The notes beneath the pieces were generated by a model. It made no database searches. It had not been told where the DNA came from and worked only from the letters and a program-made list of their open reading frames with translations. 64,000 bases of DNA, taken from assembly GCF_003704095.1 (NCBI RefSeq), contig NW_020844645.1, positions 124,001 through 188,000 on the forward strand, in the 5' to 3' direction. Each line of letters opens with the position of its first letter. Position 1 is the stretch's first letter. The translations under genes and the position numbers were made by a program. The DNA comes from Pocillopora damicornis. Its lineage: Eukaryota. Positions 14,445 through 27,900 of the stretch are shown here, one piece after another.

Positions 14445-15722
14445 GTACCGACAACCTTCTCAATTCTCTAGAAACTCAAGCGACAGTGAAAGCTCAAACT
14501 TCTGAAGAAGTTACGAAAGACGTTGTGGGAACTTCTGTCGCGAAAGGAATGGACTCTTCCAGGAGCTACTTCGCTGCCTTCTTAAAAAACCACTTACTCA
14601 GCTGGCACCTTGACTGCTATTCTAAAAAGAAACTAGGCATACATACAAGAGTGAGGTGAGGTCAAAGTACCTCAGACCGTTGGAAATAATTGATCATTTA
14701 TTCACCTAAGTGGAGGTGAACAGTGGTGGACAATTATCCACCACTTTCACCGACACTTAAGTGAATGATCGTTTTAGTATATATCGTACTGATACCAAAA
14801 AAATTAGTTTATGTCTTTTAATATACTGTAAAATGGTCAGAAAATTAAATCCTTGACGCATGATTTTGTCTCATAGGCTGCTCGGAGGTGATAATACTTC
14901 CTATTCACTTCCGAACTAGCCAATCAGCGCGCGCGAATAGCAATACACTTGTGTGCAGTATATACTAATTTCCTTAACTGTTAGTTCTGAATACAAAGGC
15001 AACTAAACAGATTTAATTAAACAAATTTATTGACTATCTTAATCGGAATTCATTCAAATCTTGTCCTAACTACCATACGATTCTACAACTCTATGACCAT
15101 TGAAACCAAACTTGGGACATGGAAGGAAGTGTGACTTTAAATCCTTTTTCAAGTGGAAAAAAACTTACTAACGATGGTTTTTTTTTTAACATAATTTCGT
15201 ATAATTTTCATAGGAACCTCGAAACTTTTCACTTGAGCAAAAATCTATTTCCTATGTGTTGAACCACGTTTACTCAAACTGCTTTATATTCTATCCAAAA
15301 AAAGGTTTTATAATTTGTCAAATTTCTAAATTATTGCGAAGAGTCGATTTAATAAATTTCAATCTAATGCAGTCTAAGATGATTAAAGTGTTCCTTTGAG
15401 GAACTGCAATATAAGTATCCGGAGGGAGGACTAATAGGTACTTCCGTATTCTTAACTATCGGACTTTTAACCTTGTGGCCAAACTCCGAAATTACCTCAT
15501 GGAGTAAATGCCAAAGGTTAATTAGTCACGTGTACCAAAACAGCTAAAGAGACAGTCTTAAGGAATAGTGAACTACTCGCCTGAATGCTTTACTTTGTTG
15601 TCTTCTCGAATGAAACCGCCTTAGCAGTCACTAACCGTCACCAGCATGCGACCTTGTTTACCTGTACAAAGACTTTTAGATGGGAACATTGCGGAAATGG
15701 CTGCTACTGCTTGTGCAATTGA
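14445..15722 (+). CDS. Candidate small spliced gene (partial model; possibly a secreted Cys-rich peptide)
   Basis: Open frame 14405-14655 with acceptors (ATAG 14404, CCAG 14444) and GTGAGG donors at 14651/14656. Terminal exon from CAG|15645 reads HATLFTCTKTFRWEHCGNGCYCLCN* (TGA 15720-15722). AATAAA at 15805. Possible upstream hydrophobic exon ends at 14228|GTAAG. No homology recognised. Confidence 0.35.
14700..14968. mobile_element. MITE-like repeat with internal inverted repeats
   Basis: agtggtgga/tccaccact inverted core, with ttagtatata at 14775 and tatactaa near 14968; non-coding. Confidence 0.5.
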
Positions 15723-15953
15723 AACCTGATAAGACACATTGAATGTAAAGAAAAAGGCAGTGGTCTCGCAAGGTCACTTTCTGAGGCCAAATCTTATTAA
15801 AATTAATAAATCTCGTCTTTACTTTCGTTCTTTTACCAGTTTACGCAAAATATTCTGGGATAAACCTGTAAAGTAAACGATCTTAATTTCATTAAATCTG
15901 TTTTTCTTTGAAATTCATCCATTTTATTTTTAACACTATAATTGTTAGTTTTT

Positions 15954-18900
15954 TTAGTAGTCATAAAGCAAGCTCATTGCTTCGGCAGCTTTACATCTCA
16001 CTTGACCTGATGGATCTTTCAGCAAAAGAATCAGAGCTGTAACGGAATAAATAAACACAAATTGCATTAGTTTCACGGATCAGTGTCAGTATATAAGCAA
16101 CTGCGCACTTACCCCTCCCCTAACCCAACATTAACCCTAACTAGGGTTAGAGGAGGGGTAGGTGCAAAGTTGCCGATCATTTTCACTATACCATCAATGC
16201 TTTCAAGCAAATCAAAATTCTTACCCCCACACACATGGTCTTTGGATATTTCATCTCTTCTTTCTTGAGGAAGGTTACCGAGAATAAAACCTGAAATTTA
16301 TGACAAAGGGGAACAGCCGTTATCTATAAAACTTTATCGTTACTCGAAAGGTTCTTTCTCTCTACGCCCCAATACCAGGACAACAACAAAGAGAACAAGA
16401 AAGACGAGACTGCGAAGTTGGGGATGAATATAATAAGGATGGGAAGGGGAAGGAACTAAGCTGGATATTCAAAAAGCGTTGTTCTCCAATATAGTCTAAC
16501 TGGAATTTGGTGCCATACCACAGTGGTTCATCTTTTACAAATCATAACCCTTGGGGTATGTCCAGAAATGCATGCGGTACCGAAGATGGCGAAAATTCGT
16601 CAAAATCACCAATTCCACCAAGCTAATTTCGCTTTGATGAATTTGACTGAAATTCACCAAAATCGTCAAATCCTCGAACGTTTCCTTAGTTTGTCGAAAT
16701 TTCGTCAAATCTGCCATTTTCATCACTGCTTGCATTTCTGGACATATGAGAGGGGGAAGAAAGGAGTCATAGATACCCTTAAAGCCCCTCCAATCCAAAT
16801 ACCTCCCTGGAGTGATTTGTTTCTTAAAAATTTGGTTATTTTCAGAGGGTGGTTTTTTCTTTCCGAATGCCAGAGATTTCTAAATAAACACATTTGTTAC
16901 AGGGACTTCCAAATCGGTATCCTCAAATTACGAAGGGTCACTCACCAGTGAGCAACGCCGCATTCGCTTTGATGTCATCTCGAGAACTTTTATAGAATGA
17001 AACGCAGCCCATCACGTAAAAATTAATCTTATCAGGAAAATCAACAATCTATAGGGTAAAGAAGAATGTTAGACATTAGAGACTAGCATGGGAGAGGTGA
17101 CTAGCGCGGGAGAGGTAACTAACCCGTAAGGATTGATCTACATGGCAAAAAAAGATGAGTGAATATTTTTAACCCTGCAACACAGGGAAGGTAGATAAGG
17201 TCGATGAAACTGGCAAGACTTTGAACACATTACGGAGCATCTTTTAGGAAACACCTTTGCAGCGATTGATCCCTGGTTAGATTCCTAGCGATCTCCTAAC
17301 GAAATATTCTCGAGCAAAATTATGAAATAAGTTTGAACTGGTATGACACAATCTGTAATTTTAACATGTAAAATGCTCCCTAAAATCTGGTATTCAAATA
17401 ATCAAGCTTGTGAAACAACAGCAGAAAGTCTTAGGGTAAGGAACTTATTCGATGTTGACATACACCAATCGACGGTGTTATATGCTTGACGTAGTTTGAA
17501 GACCGTTTACTTTACCATGAAATTGGAGAGGAATCAAAAGACTGTACTTACAAGAAGTCTAGAGAGATCGTTCATGAACTCGCCGTAATGAAGATGTCCT
17601 TCTTCCAACAAATGTTTTTGGAACATTTTGTTAACAGATTCGGAGCCCATGAGAGGAGCGATGGACCGTAGACAGCCTTTACACGCCTGAGAAACGGACA
17701 AGATGTGAAATATAATGTACTTATTGACTGAGTGGGGGGGCCGGACGGGATAATATTTGGCTTGAGGTCATGACGTACGGAACGAGTGCAGCGAGGTCCG
17801 TGCTTCATAACGGGGTGCCAAATATTCACAACTTCACAACAAGCCAATGATAACTAAGAACAAATACACATAAACGAGTACGAGCACGAGAAAGCGCAAG
17901 TCTTTTAGAGCGCAGTAAAGTGGATGAAAATTGCCCTGAATAAGTGCCCTCTATTTTGAAATTATTCTAAGGAGGTCAGTGTCTTTCAGCCGTTTTCGAC
18001 TGTTAACTGTCCGTGAAAAGCGCATGAATTGTAGGTGCTTTTTGGTATGAGGCTGCCATTTGGAAGGACTTTTTTTTTATTGACACCAATGCCAGTCAAG
18101 GAAAGTGCCGTAACCAGAAGCTATCTCGAGAGCGTTAATCTTTAAAAGGTTATAACGTGAATCCTTTTCTCTACCTTGACGACTTCCACCTCTTCGTTTA
18201 AGTGTAACATAACACTTATAAAGTTCGTATGAACTTGCTCCAGGAACGGGGCTTTTGACGGCCCGTCACTGAAACGAGACAGTTTACCAAATAAGGTAAA
18301 GGCCGCAGCTCGAACAGCATCTTTTTCCTTCAAAATTTAAAAGAAAAATCTGTAAATAATGAATAATAAATCAAAAATAAATTTAATTTAATTGAAATTT
18401 TATACAGGTCAATTCAATAATTCGTAAATATACAAAGTCTTGCAAAAATACGTCCTACGATTCTGTAAAGAATTCCGCTTTAAGAAGCTTGCGTTACTGG
18501 AGCGATAAAGATCGCATGCTGGCAAAATACGTCAATATTGACTGTTTATCCATAAAAGAGACCAAAACCTTCAGAATTTCTCCTATAGGCCAGCGTGAAT
18601 CGGCTGCTTAAACAGAAAATCCCAAAATTTTATTTCAAACAGATATTTCAGTCTCCTGAAATGGCAAAAAAGTTGTTCCCCAAAATAAAAATTAGGGACC
18701 TTCAGCAGTTAGGAAGGCAACGCCAAGAAAAACATCGATTTGAAAATGAATTTATATTTTTTGATGGAATTTCGCGAATGACTGAATGTGTTTACCATCT
18801 CTTACGGCGGCGCAAGTTAACCTCAGCATAACGTATGAGGGCAGCGTTGAGTTCCAAATGGAAACTTAAATAATTTGCCATCGTGGTTTCCTTCCTCAGA

Positions 18901-21900
18901 CCACGCTTATTTTGGTGATTTCACGTTGTTATTTGCAGAGGACCGCTAAGAAATGTACAGTTTCAAAACGCACGTACTGAGCTATTGTTCTGCCCATTAG
19001 ATTTTTTGCTTCGTTGACGTCGCCGTCGTGCTTTGCTAAAGGTCTCTATTGCCAATCCGCTAAAGGAAATCCCCACAAAACGTTCAAAGTAAACCCCCCC
19101 CCCAAAAAAAAAGACAGAAAAAAAAAGGGGATCAAATTAAGCCATTTGAATGACACTGTTTGATTTTGGGACCCACCTTTTCAAAGCAGGGTCTGATTCT
19201 AAGACAAATGTTGATAAGTATTTGCCGCACGTTATTTTCATCCAGTTTTGCCAGAATCTTGGCAAGTCCTGACATTGACTCCAGTGTTATTTCGTCCTCT
19301 AGATCATCTTTGTCATCCATACCCGCCATCATCGCTGACAGGATTGTGGTGGAATATTTTTCAAGCTGAAGAATTACAAAAGTTGTCATTTTCAGGCGCA
19401 ATGACTTATTTCATGGTCAAGAAACACAGTGGGTAAAGGTGGAAAAATTTTAACGAATATCTCGAAACCTCTAGAAGCTGCACTTTCTCTTTTATAAGAA
19501 AAAATATTTAACTGGATTTTGGTTTGCATTGCATTTAACAGCTAACGCTTGTTACTGACTTTCTGAACATTTCTCCTCACGTGATTAACTATTCTGTCTG
19601 GAAATTGATCTCGACTCGGCAATGTACACTATAATTATTGTGGTGTTATCTTTAACCACTCCATTGATTTAAGATCAGATTATCATAGAGGCACCTTCGC
19701 TACAAACTAACAATAACTTAATACCTTCGTTACCGCGCGAATGTTTACGTCCAGGAAATTTCAACAAAAAAAATCACATTTTTTTTAAAGGCGGCCTCCA
19801 TTCAGCCTCTTCTTTCCGACCACTGGCCACGGACAAGAAGAACTTTGCGGAATAAGACAGTAAATATCAAACTAAATAATGCGCGCGCATTACCTGAGAG
19901 TCTTCCACACTGGAAATGTTCCCCAGTCCTCTGATACAGAACTTACGAACCACGTGTGACGTATCCACCAATCGGCCTAGCAGACTATTCATCAGGACTT
20001 CTACTACTTCCACTTTACCGCCACATTTCTGGTCAATTAACTGCACGCCATACAAGAACAGAGATAAACAACAACAACAACAACAAAATTAGCCGCAGCC
20101 CCAATAGCACGTCTTTGCCACGCCAAGTATTTGCTTTGTTTTTTATTTTTCCATATTTTTATTAGCGAGGTTGTTTAAAGAATCCCATTTAATTTCAACT
20201 ACGAGAAAACCAAACAATAACAATCCACATGCACAGGAAAGAAATAAAATAGTTTTGAATGGACCAAGTCTGGCGAGGGACAGATAAAAAAAAAGCCTTG
20301 GCTAGCTTTCTTATTGGCTGACGATTTAAGTCCCGTGTTTGCCTGATCAAAGAAAATTTTTGTACATCGAAAGTTGACGGTTGACCCTGTTAAGACCCGC
20401 CTCAAGTAGTTTCTTTGTATTTTTTCTCAAGGTTTTGAAGCATTCTTGGTTACATCTTACTTGTCTTACTGTCTAGTTACAAAAGGGCTTTGTTGGAAAA
20501 CCATATAAAGATCGTAATGTCTGAACGAGCTCGATGGCATTTGATCTGAGGGAGCGCTTCTAAGGGCTAGCTACAAGGATTTTGGCTTTGACAGCCATTT
20601 ATCATACCTCAGCAATAAACGCTGCTGCCACGATTCTCTGTGCATCGTAGACACTTGACAATATAGGGTTCAGGTGATCAACCACTTTAGGAACTAAATG
20701 AGGGACCGCTTTACAGAGGGCCCTAAAACATAGAACAGAGTTACCAAAATTAGTGACTAACTATACGAAGAACTCGCCACGAGCATCAACAATTCTGTGT
20801 AAGCGATGACTCTGTCCACGTCAAAAATAAGGGCGGATGAAATACCGAGGACATCGCCAATTCAGCCCGGCGCAAGCGCAGAAACTTTACGCTTTTTGCC
20901 ATTCCAAAGAGAAACAACAATATTTTAATTCCTTGAACAGAAAAGCAGCGAGCTTGAACGAAAAAAGGATAGAATACGGCGAATTATCATCAGTGAAAAT
21001 GAAAATTTTCATTCGTCTTGTATAAGGTTACGCGCGGGAATTTCCAATCACTGCCGATTTTTGGAGTAAAAATTTATTTTTGAAGGCTGTACAATGTGTA
21101 GCTGTGCTGGTGTTAGAATATACAGTGTCGAAAATGTTCCTTTCTGAAGTTAAGATATTGAAAAAATGTGTTCAACAGTTAGTCACTCATAGTATAGCAT
21201 CATTTAAATCGCTCGCCGCGCTCGTTGATAATTCTTGTTTTTATTCTCTCGGCAAAAACTTCGAATCTTCGCGCCATCGTGCGACAATTAATCCCCTGTT
21301 CACCCCAGTGATTATTAAATCCAGAGTTTCAAAATATATAAAAGAATGTATAGTTTAAGTCAGAATAAGAAGGGCTTCACTGTTAATTCTAATGTGATCG
21401 AATTATTCCAGTACGTACCTTGCGACAGCACAGACGCCATCAGGGAAAGTTTTTTCATCTCTAAACAACGCCCATCCATGTTCGTCGTCGATCAATTGCA
21501 TCAGTGTGTCATACTTGCATCTACTGATGAGTTCTTTCATGCATTCGAGTGCAATGCTGTTAAAAAACAAAATAAAACAAAACGAAGACAACTTACTTTT
21601 ACAGCGCGTCCACTGAAAGATGAATCGAAAGACCACTTAAGCTAAATACTACAGGTTTACACCAAACTTGAATGCACGTTAAATAACTTCCAGATACACA
21701 GATGTAAAGATGAAAGATGTGTAAATGTATAAACGTGTAAATGTGGTTCGACTGAAGATAAATAAAATAAAAAAATTTAAGTCCAAATATGATAACGACA
21801 TGAGTAACGACAAAGCTCCATGAAACAGAAATGAACTTACAATTTGTGGCGTAACCAGGTCGGGATGCAAAAACTCTCATGCAAAAGTACCATGGCGCTG

Positions 21901-24900
21901 GCAAAAACCAACGAAACGACTGCCCTACTTGAGGTCAACTAGCAAATGAAAATTATCTAGGAAAACAACGCTTCTACTGGCTACCGGCGTTACGTAAACC
22001 TTACGTAACGTCACGCAAAACCGCTAACTTGATGAATAGAAATAAAAACAAGATAAAATACTTTTGCAATTCTTGATGATAAACAAGTGCAAATTCTAGT
22101 AGCTACATTCCGGCCCCTGAACTAAATTAAGTTCACTTAAAGTATTGGGCGACTAGAATTGAATAATAATTAACATTAGAGTCTCTGAAGTAAGTCCGCT
22201 AGTGTTCAAAGTTCATGCACATCTGGTGCACAAATTCAAAGGCCTTTCAGTTTCAATAAACAACACGATAGTCAGGTAAAGTAAGTAGAGTCCTTCGTCG
22301 GGAGTAAGCTCTCTTGTTCGAGGAAACAAAGCTTTGAAATTGGCCTTGTGAATGTAGAGGACTTTGTAGCCACCTTGACTGATCGGACAAATCAATTCCT
22401 TCCTGGGTAAACTTCGAGGACGCGAGCAAAAGGCCACTGACTGCGGTGAACTCTTTCCTCAGCAATTAAAACCAGGTCACCAACAGCAAAATTACGACGT
22501 GGTCTGATCCATTTCTGCCGTTCTCGAAAATTTGGTATATATTCCGATAACCATCTCCAAAACACGTCAGAGAGGTAATGAATCTGCCTCCAGCGACATC
22601 AGCAGTTCAAATCATTCTTACTGAAGACTCCTGGCGGCAAATTTAAATTCGATCAAAGAAGTAACAAATGGTTAGAAGTCAATGGTTCTGAATCAATAGG
22701 ACTGCCACGGTTGGTTGGCCATTGAGAATTCCCTGAACCTCTGCCACCAAAGTTCGCAATGCCTCTCCGAAAAAGCAATAGTTGCTTAGGAAGGACTCTT
22801 GAGATCTTTCTCGCAGAACGAACCACGTGTTCATAGACTCCTCTCACGTGTTACGCTCCAGGGGAATTAAACTTTCACTTGATATTCTTCAGGTGTGGGA
22901 AAACCTATTTTCTGCTGATTCCAGTTGTTTACAGCCTCACGGATTTCTCTGTCTCCGCTACTTAAGTTCGTACCATTGTCACTTCTTATCATCTTTGGCA
23001 TTCCTCTTCTGCTGATGAATCTGCGAAGAGTGTTGATAACCGAATCTGTTTCGAGAGACTCGATCACTTCACTGTGGGTTACTCGGATAGCTAGCAAGAG
23101 AAAAGACATTCGTAATGCTAAACTGTACTTCAACCTTGCTTCACGTACATCGGACCAAAGAAATCTATAACAACGTTAGAAAACGAGGGTTCATCTGGAA
23201 TACGCCTGTCGCTAGGTAAATCTGCCATGAATTGTTGGCCCTTTGCAGCATTTTGTTTCCGGCATGTACTCTTTGAACAGCTGCCCGTCCCTTGACAATC
23301 CAGTACTTTTGTCTCAAACAGGTAAGGACATATTCTTGGCCTAGATGACCCACCGACTCATGCTTGGTAACATGGTGCTTTGAGGGTAACAGCAATTGAT
23401 TTTTCGATTGGTGATCCAATGAAGAATTTTGAATCCGACCACCAACTCTCAACATTCCTTCTCCATCCAGAAATGGTCTTAATTTGTTCGCCGAACCAAA
23501 TGAGCCGATAATCTTCAATTTACGCTTCTCGGATTCTTCTGGACTCGCGTCTAGGAGGGCTGGCACAGCTTCTACCAAAAAGGTGTACTCTCATTCTGTA
23601 CTCAACAGACTCGCTAGGTAAGTCATCAGCTATTAGACAAGTCTGGACCACCTAGTAGTTGGTCCTTGAGCGATGTCCCTTTGTGTCGCGCTGCGCAGTC
23701 AAACACCACTCTCAGTTTCCCAGACTTATTAGGATCGAAGAAGGCATGGTGTGGAAGATGCCAGAGAGGTTTGCCATCGGCATCCAGCTCTTCTTTATGT
23801 ACTCGTTGGGCGTAGCCCTTTGTGATGTAGTCGTCAATAGTCCTCTTGCAGCTTTCAAACAATTTGGCATCACGAAGAAACTTCTTCACCAGCTGTAATC
23901 TTTTAAATGTAAGGATTCTGTTGTTTGCCAATGTGGTTGTTTTCGCCACGGAAGTGCTACTTGGCAATGACCAGACACAAGCTTGGAAGATCCCTCCATT
24001 ATTCTTTAGCTTGTTCATCTTCTCATAACATAGACACTTTCGTACTTGATATTGAATCGTTAGTTGATATTGTTATTGACAAAGTTAGTTGTCCAAAACT
24101 TCTCCACTTGCTTTAGAAGGATTTTTTATCATAATTGTGGCTTTCCAAACGTATGAAGTTCACATTCACGCTGTCCTGATCTCCAATTTTCTGGGTTGGT
24201 CCTATTATCGTCTAGCCTAGTAACGATCCCACTGGATCACCTTTATTACTACGTCTCTCTTCGAGAACCCAAAAAGCTTCAGGTGCGTTGCATCCAATGA
24301 GTAATCGGTCCCCCTTCCCCCCTTGTTCTCAATTTCTGGGATTTCAATTCTAGGATTTCAATTCTGTTCAGATGAGGCCATCTGTTTACATCTCGGTCTG
24401 CTGGTATGCTTTGCTCGGAAATGTTGAGACGCTCCACTGTCCAAACTTTAGGTACTTCTAAACTTGATCCACTATCAAGCGAGTTGACGATCAGGTTAAC
24501 CTCGAATCCCGTCCTTGCACTGTTTCTTCTCTCCTTCGTTGTTAGGTAGAAATTTCCCCGGATTCCGCTAAATCCTCACTCTTGGATGAGCCTTTTATCG
24601 CAAAGAGACACATCGGAACCATTGCTTACCAATGCGTACGTCTCCACTACTTGTCCTGGTTGCTTTCCTTGCACTCTCACAGTGACGACCCTCAAACGTA
24701 CTTTCCTCCAAACTGCACTAGCGTTACTAGTACTTCCTGGTTTACAGACGCCAGCCCCAATTGCGTGATTCGGGCTGGTGTGGTCTGAAGCGTCTCTCAC
24801 ATTGGATTGGTTGTTAGGGCTAGCTTCCTTGACGTCGTCGTTGTTCGTCCCGTTACTTCGCCTCGTCTGTAAATAACGTTCCGGGGGGTGAAAAACAGTC

Positions 24901-27900
24901 ATGTGTTTTCCAGTACAACCTTCGATGTAACATCCACTCTTCTGTATGCATCCACTTGCAAAGTGTGTCACTTTAAAACAATTGCTACGGCGTTTTGCGT
25001 TACGAACTATCTTCATTCGCTCTTCAAAAGGGTCTATTCTTAAACACTTCACAATTCCATCAGTAATTGATGAGGTGCGTCACAAAGCAAACATTTCCCA
25101 TTCCCACTACGTCTTTGTCTCCAGGTGGGCTGACAATTCTGAATTTCCCTTCCTAGTGGTACAAAGGAACTGGGTCTTAAAGAGTTTCCATGCGCTGCGT
25201 AAGAAGTTGCCATTGTATTTTGAGGTCTCGGCCTTCTATCCGATGTATCCTTTTTGCCTTTACCATTTTTGCTGTAAAGCACACCACTCGAGACTGGATT
25301 GTTAGCAGCTCGGGCTCTTTTTGAAACGAAACTTCAAAAATGATGCATCCTGGAACGCTGACCGGACTCATGAATGCTGTCCGCAGCTTCTATCTATCTT
25401 GCTTTAAGATGGAAGGGGAGACGATCGATTATCTTCCTTAAATAATCAGTACTGTTAATTTCACCCAAATATCCAATTGACTCCAGCACCGTTTGCCAGT
25501 CTTTCAACTGATCTGCAAAGGTCTGTAATCCTTTCCGAACCTTAGGCTTCACAGGTAGTCCACGTGTTGCCTGGTTGATGTGGGCAGTGGCAATTACGAA
25601 GGGGTGACCAACGCGATCTTTAAGAACTTTCCTCGCCGTTCGGTACCCCGACGTGGGATCCATGGTGACACAACTCTTGATGGCGTCTTTGCAAGGCCAG
25701 TACAATACTGGAGTAGAAAGGTCTGCCTTTCACCCTCATCTGACGTATTCTTCTTAATGTTGTTTTCAAATGATCGCATGAAACTCCAAATTCGAGGGGG
25801 TTGCCGTCGTACGAACTGAGATCGGGTTTAGGTAAAGAAAGTTCTTGCCTTATCGTCGATGCCATAGATTGAAACGCTTGCTGCTGAAACTACATCAGCT
25901 GCTGCTGCTGTTTTACAAATTGCCAAAAACTTCCATCAGACGATTTGGCAGACCATTGAGGATAATAGGGATTCAACAGGTTACCATGTGAAGCTGTACC
26001 AGGTAAATATTCCGCTTAACGAGTTGCGACACGACTCGACCCAAGAGGTATCACCTCATTCGGTCTATCCACGGAGGATTTCTTTCCAACGCACTCAGAA
26101 TTTAACGACGGTGCACTAAAAACCTTTTCTCTTTGATGCTGGCTTCCAAAATTCGCGCTTCGAGTGTAGCTGTTTCCTTGTTGTTCTGTGCGTCTAAAAG
26201 TTCCTGTTGCCGGAGTAAAGTTTCGCGCCTTTTCTTTAATTCTAATCTTTTCTTTGCTTGCTGTAACCGTAACTTAGAAACCGCCTGTTTGACCTTCGCT
26301 CCCACTATTTCCACACTTAAGCGGGAACTTCAACGCTGTCTGCTTTTTGTTTTTGAAGCGCTGTGATGACCTAAAGAATCTCTTGGTCGAATGTCGTCCA
26401 ACGATAAAAATGTCTGTACAGTAAAGCTAGCAATCCATTCTTCGACGCCTTGATTGAATTTGAATTTATCATTAACACGACTTTCAAACTCCAGAGTTGC
26501 CCACCGTATCTCTTCCATATTATCGAGGCTTTCCACATAGGAAATATGCCGCTTGTTCCTAATTTGCAAATACTGCATGGATATTTAAAGAAAGCGACAA
26601 AAATTTTGAGTTTGCAAAAAATGTTTCGACAGAAACTTCTGTCATCTTCAGTTAATTACTGTACAAAGCATTGAAAGTTGAATTATATAGTAAGTAGAAC
26701 AATGCTAATTAAGATGAATAGTGACAACAAGAAAAGAGGTAAAGCATGAAAGTGTGAGAATTAAAAAGAGTTTTAGATTTACATGGTGTAATTGTTGATT
26801 CAAAGATGTTTGTTCTCCTTGAATATGAATAACCTCTTTTATCTTAAGCTGAAAACCGGTAGAGGCGTAATCTAAAACATGGAAGTTATCTGCTGGACAC
26901 AAAGCGCGACAGTGCGGAGAATCTTTCAAATGCCTGAAAAACTACGTGGATAACTTTAAGATTGTTGTTGACGAGTTCCCTGTTCTGCTTGTTAAGGAGT
27001 AAAATTTCAGTTTCTCTAAAAAGAGAAATGAGATGAACTCTTGATAACCAGCACGCGAACGCCGTTTACTTTTTCTAACGTTCGCCGTTACAGGAGTGTC
27101 ATCAGCGAAAACCCTAGAGCGGGCGTTGCCGCATCAATTGTCTTGCTTTCTATTCCAATATCATTTTCCGGAAAGAAATCACCGGTGCCATCCATATTCA
27201 ATACATGCACAAAATTTCGAATGAAGTGTAGCTAAATACTACAGGTTTACGCTAAACTTGAATGCATGTTAATAACTTCCAGATAGATAAATGTAAAGAT
27301 GAAAGATGTGAAAATGTGTAAACGTGTAAATGTGATTCGACTGAAAATTAAAAATAAACACAAATTTTCAAGTACATAAATGATAACGAAAAGAATAACA
27401 ACAAAGCTCCATGAAACACAAATGAACTTACAATTTGTGGCGTAACCTGATCCGGTGGCAAAAACTCTTAAACAAAAGTACTACGGCGCTTGCAAAAACC
27501 AACGGAACGACTGCCCTAGTTGTGGTCAACTAGCAAATGAAAATATCTAGCAAAAATTCCTATACTGGCCACCGGCGTTACGTAAACCTTAAATAACCTC
27601 ATGCAAAAACGCGAACTCGATGAATAGAAGTAAAAACAGATACAAAATACTTTCGCAGTTCTTGATGATAAACAAATGCAAATTCTAGTTGCTTCAACCA
27701 CAGCATTTGAAAGTCCCTCATTAATACGCCGCAATTTAAAGCCTGCACGCACTTTTCCAACACAAATTTTCGCTAAGCACTTTTTCTTTTATATTCCCGC
27801 CCACGACCCCATAATGACTGAATTTACATAATTCTTCCAAATCGTGCTCTTATAACCTGCAAGCGTGCGTGAGTAATCCAAGACTAGCAACTTACACCTT

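Larger units (their letters stand above)
21637..27696 (-). mobile_element. BEL/Pao LTR retrotransposon 1, decayed and internally deleted, in MROH1 intron 33
   Basis: Two LTRs, 5-bp TSD ACCAC (21632-21636 and 27697-27701), PPT-like aggggccggaa next to the 3' LTR. Frameshifted gag ([16 protein letters not shown], zinc knuckles), protease ([15 protein letters not shown]), RT N-terminus ([32 protein letters not shown]) and integrase ([40 protein letters not shown]). Confidence 0.95.

Noticed and set aside
16119-16150. TAACCC/GGGTTA telomere-like units
   Set aside because: Only 2-3 units inside a palindromic MITE; not an interstitial telomere
16523-16951. 142-aa and 87-aa overlapping ORFs
   Set aside because: They derive from a MITE with internal subrepeats inside an MROH1 intron
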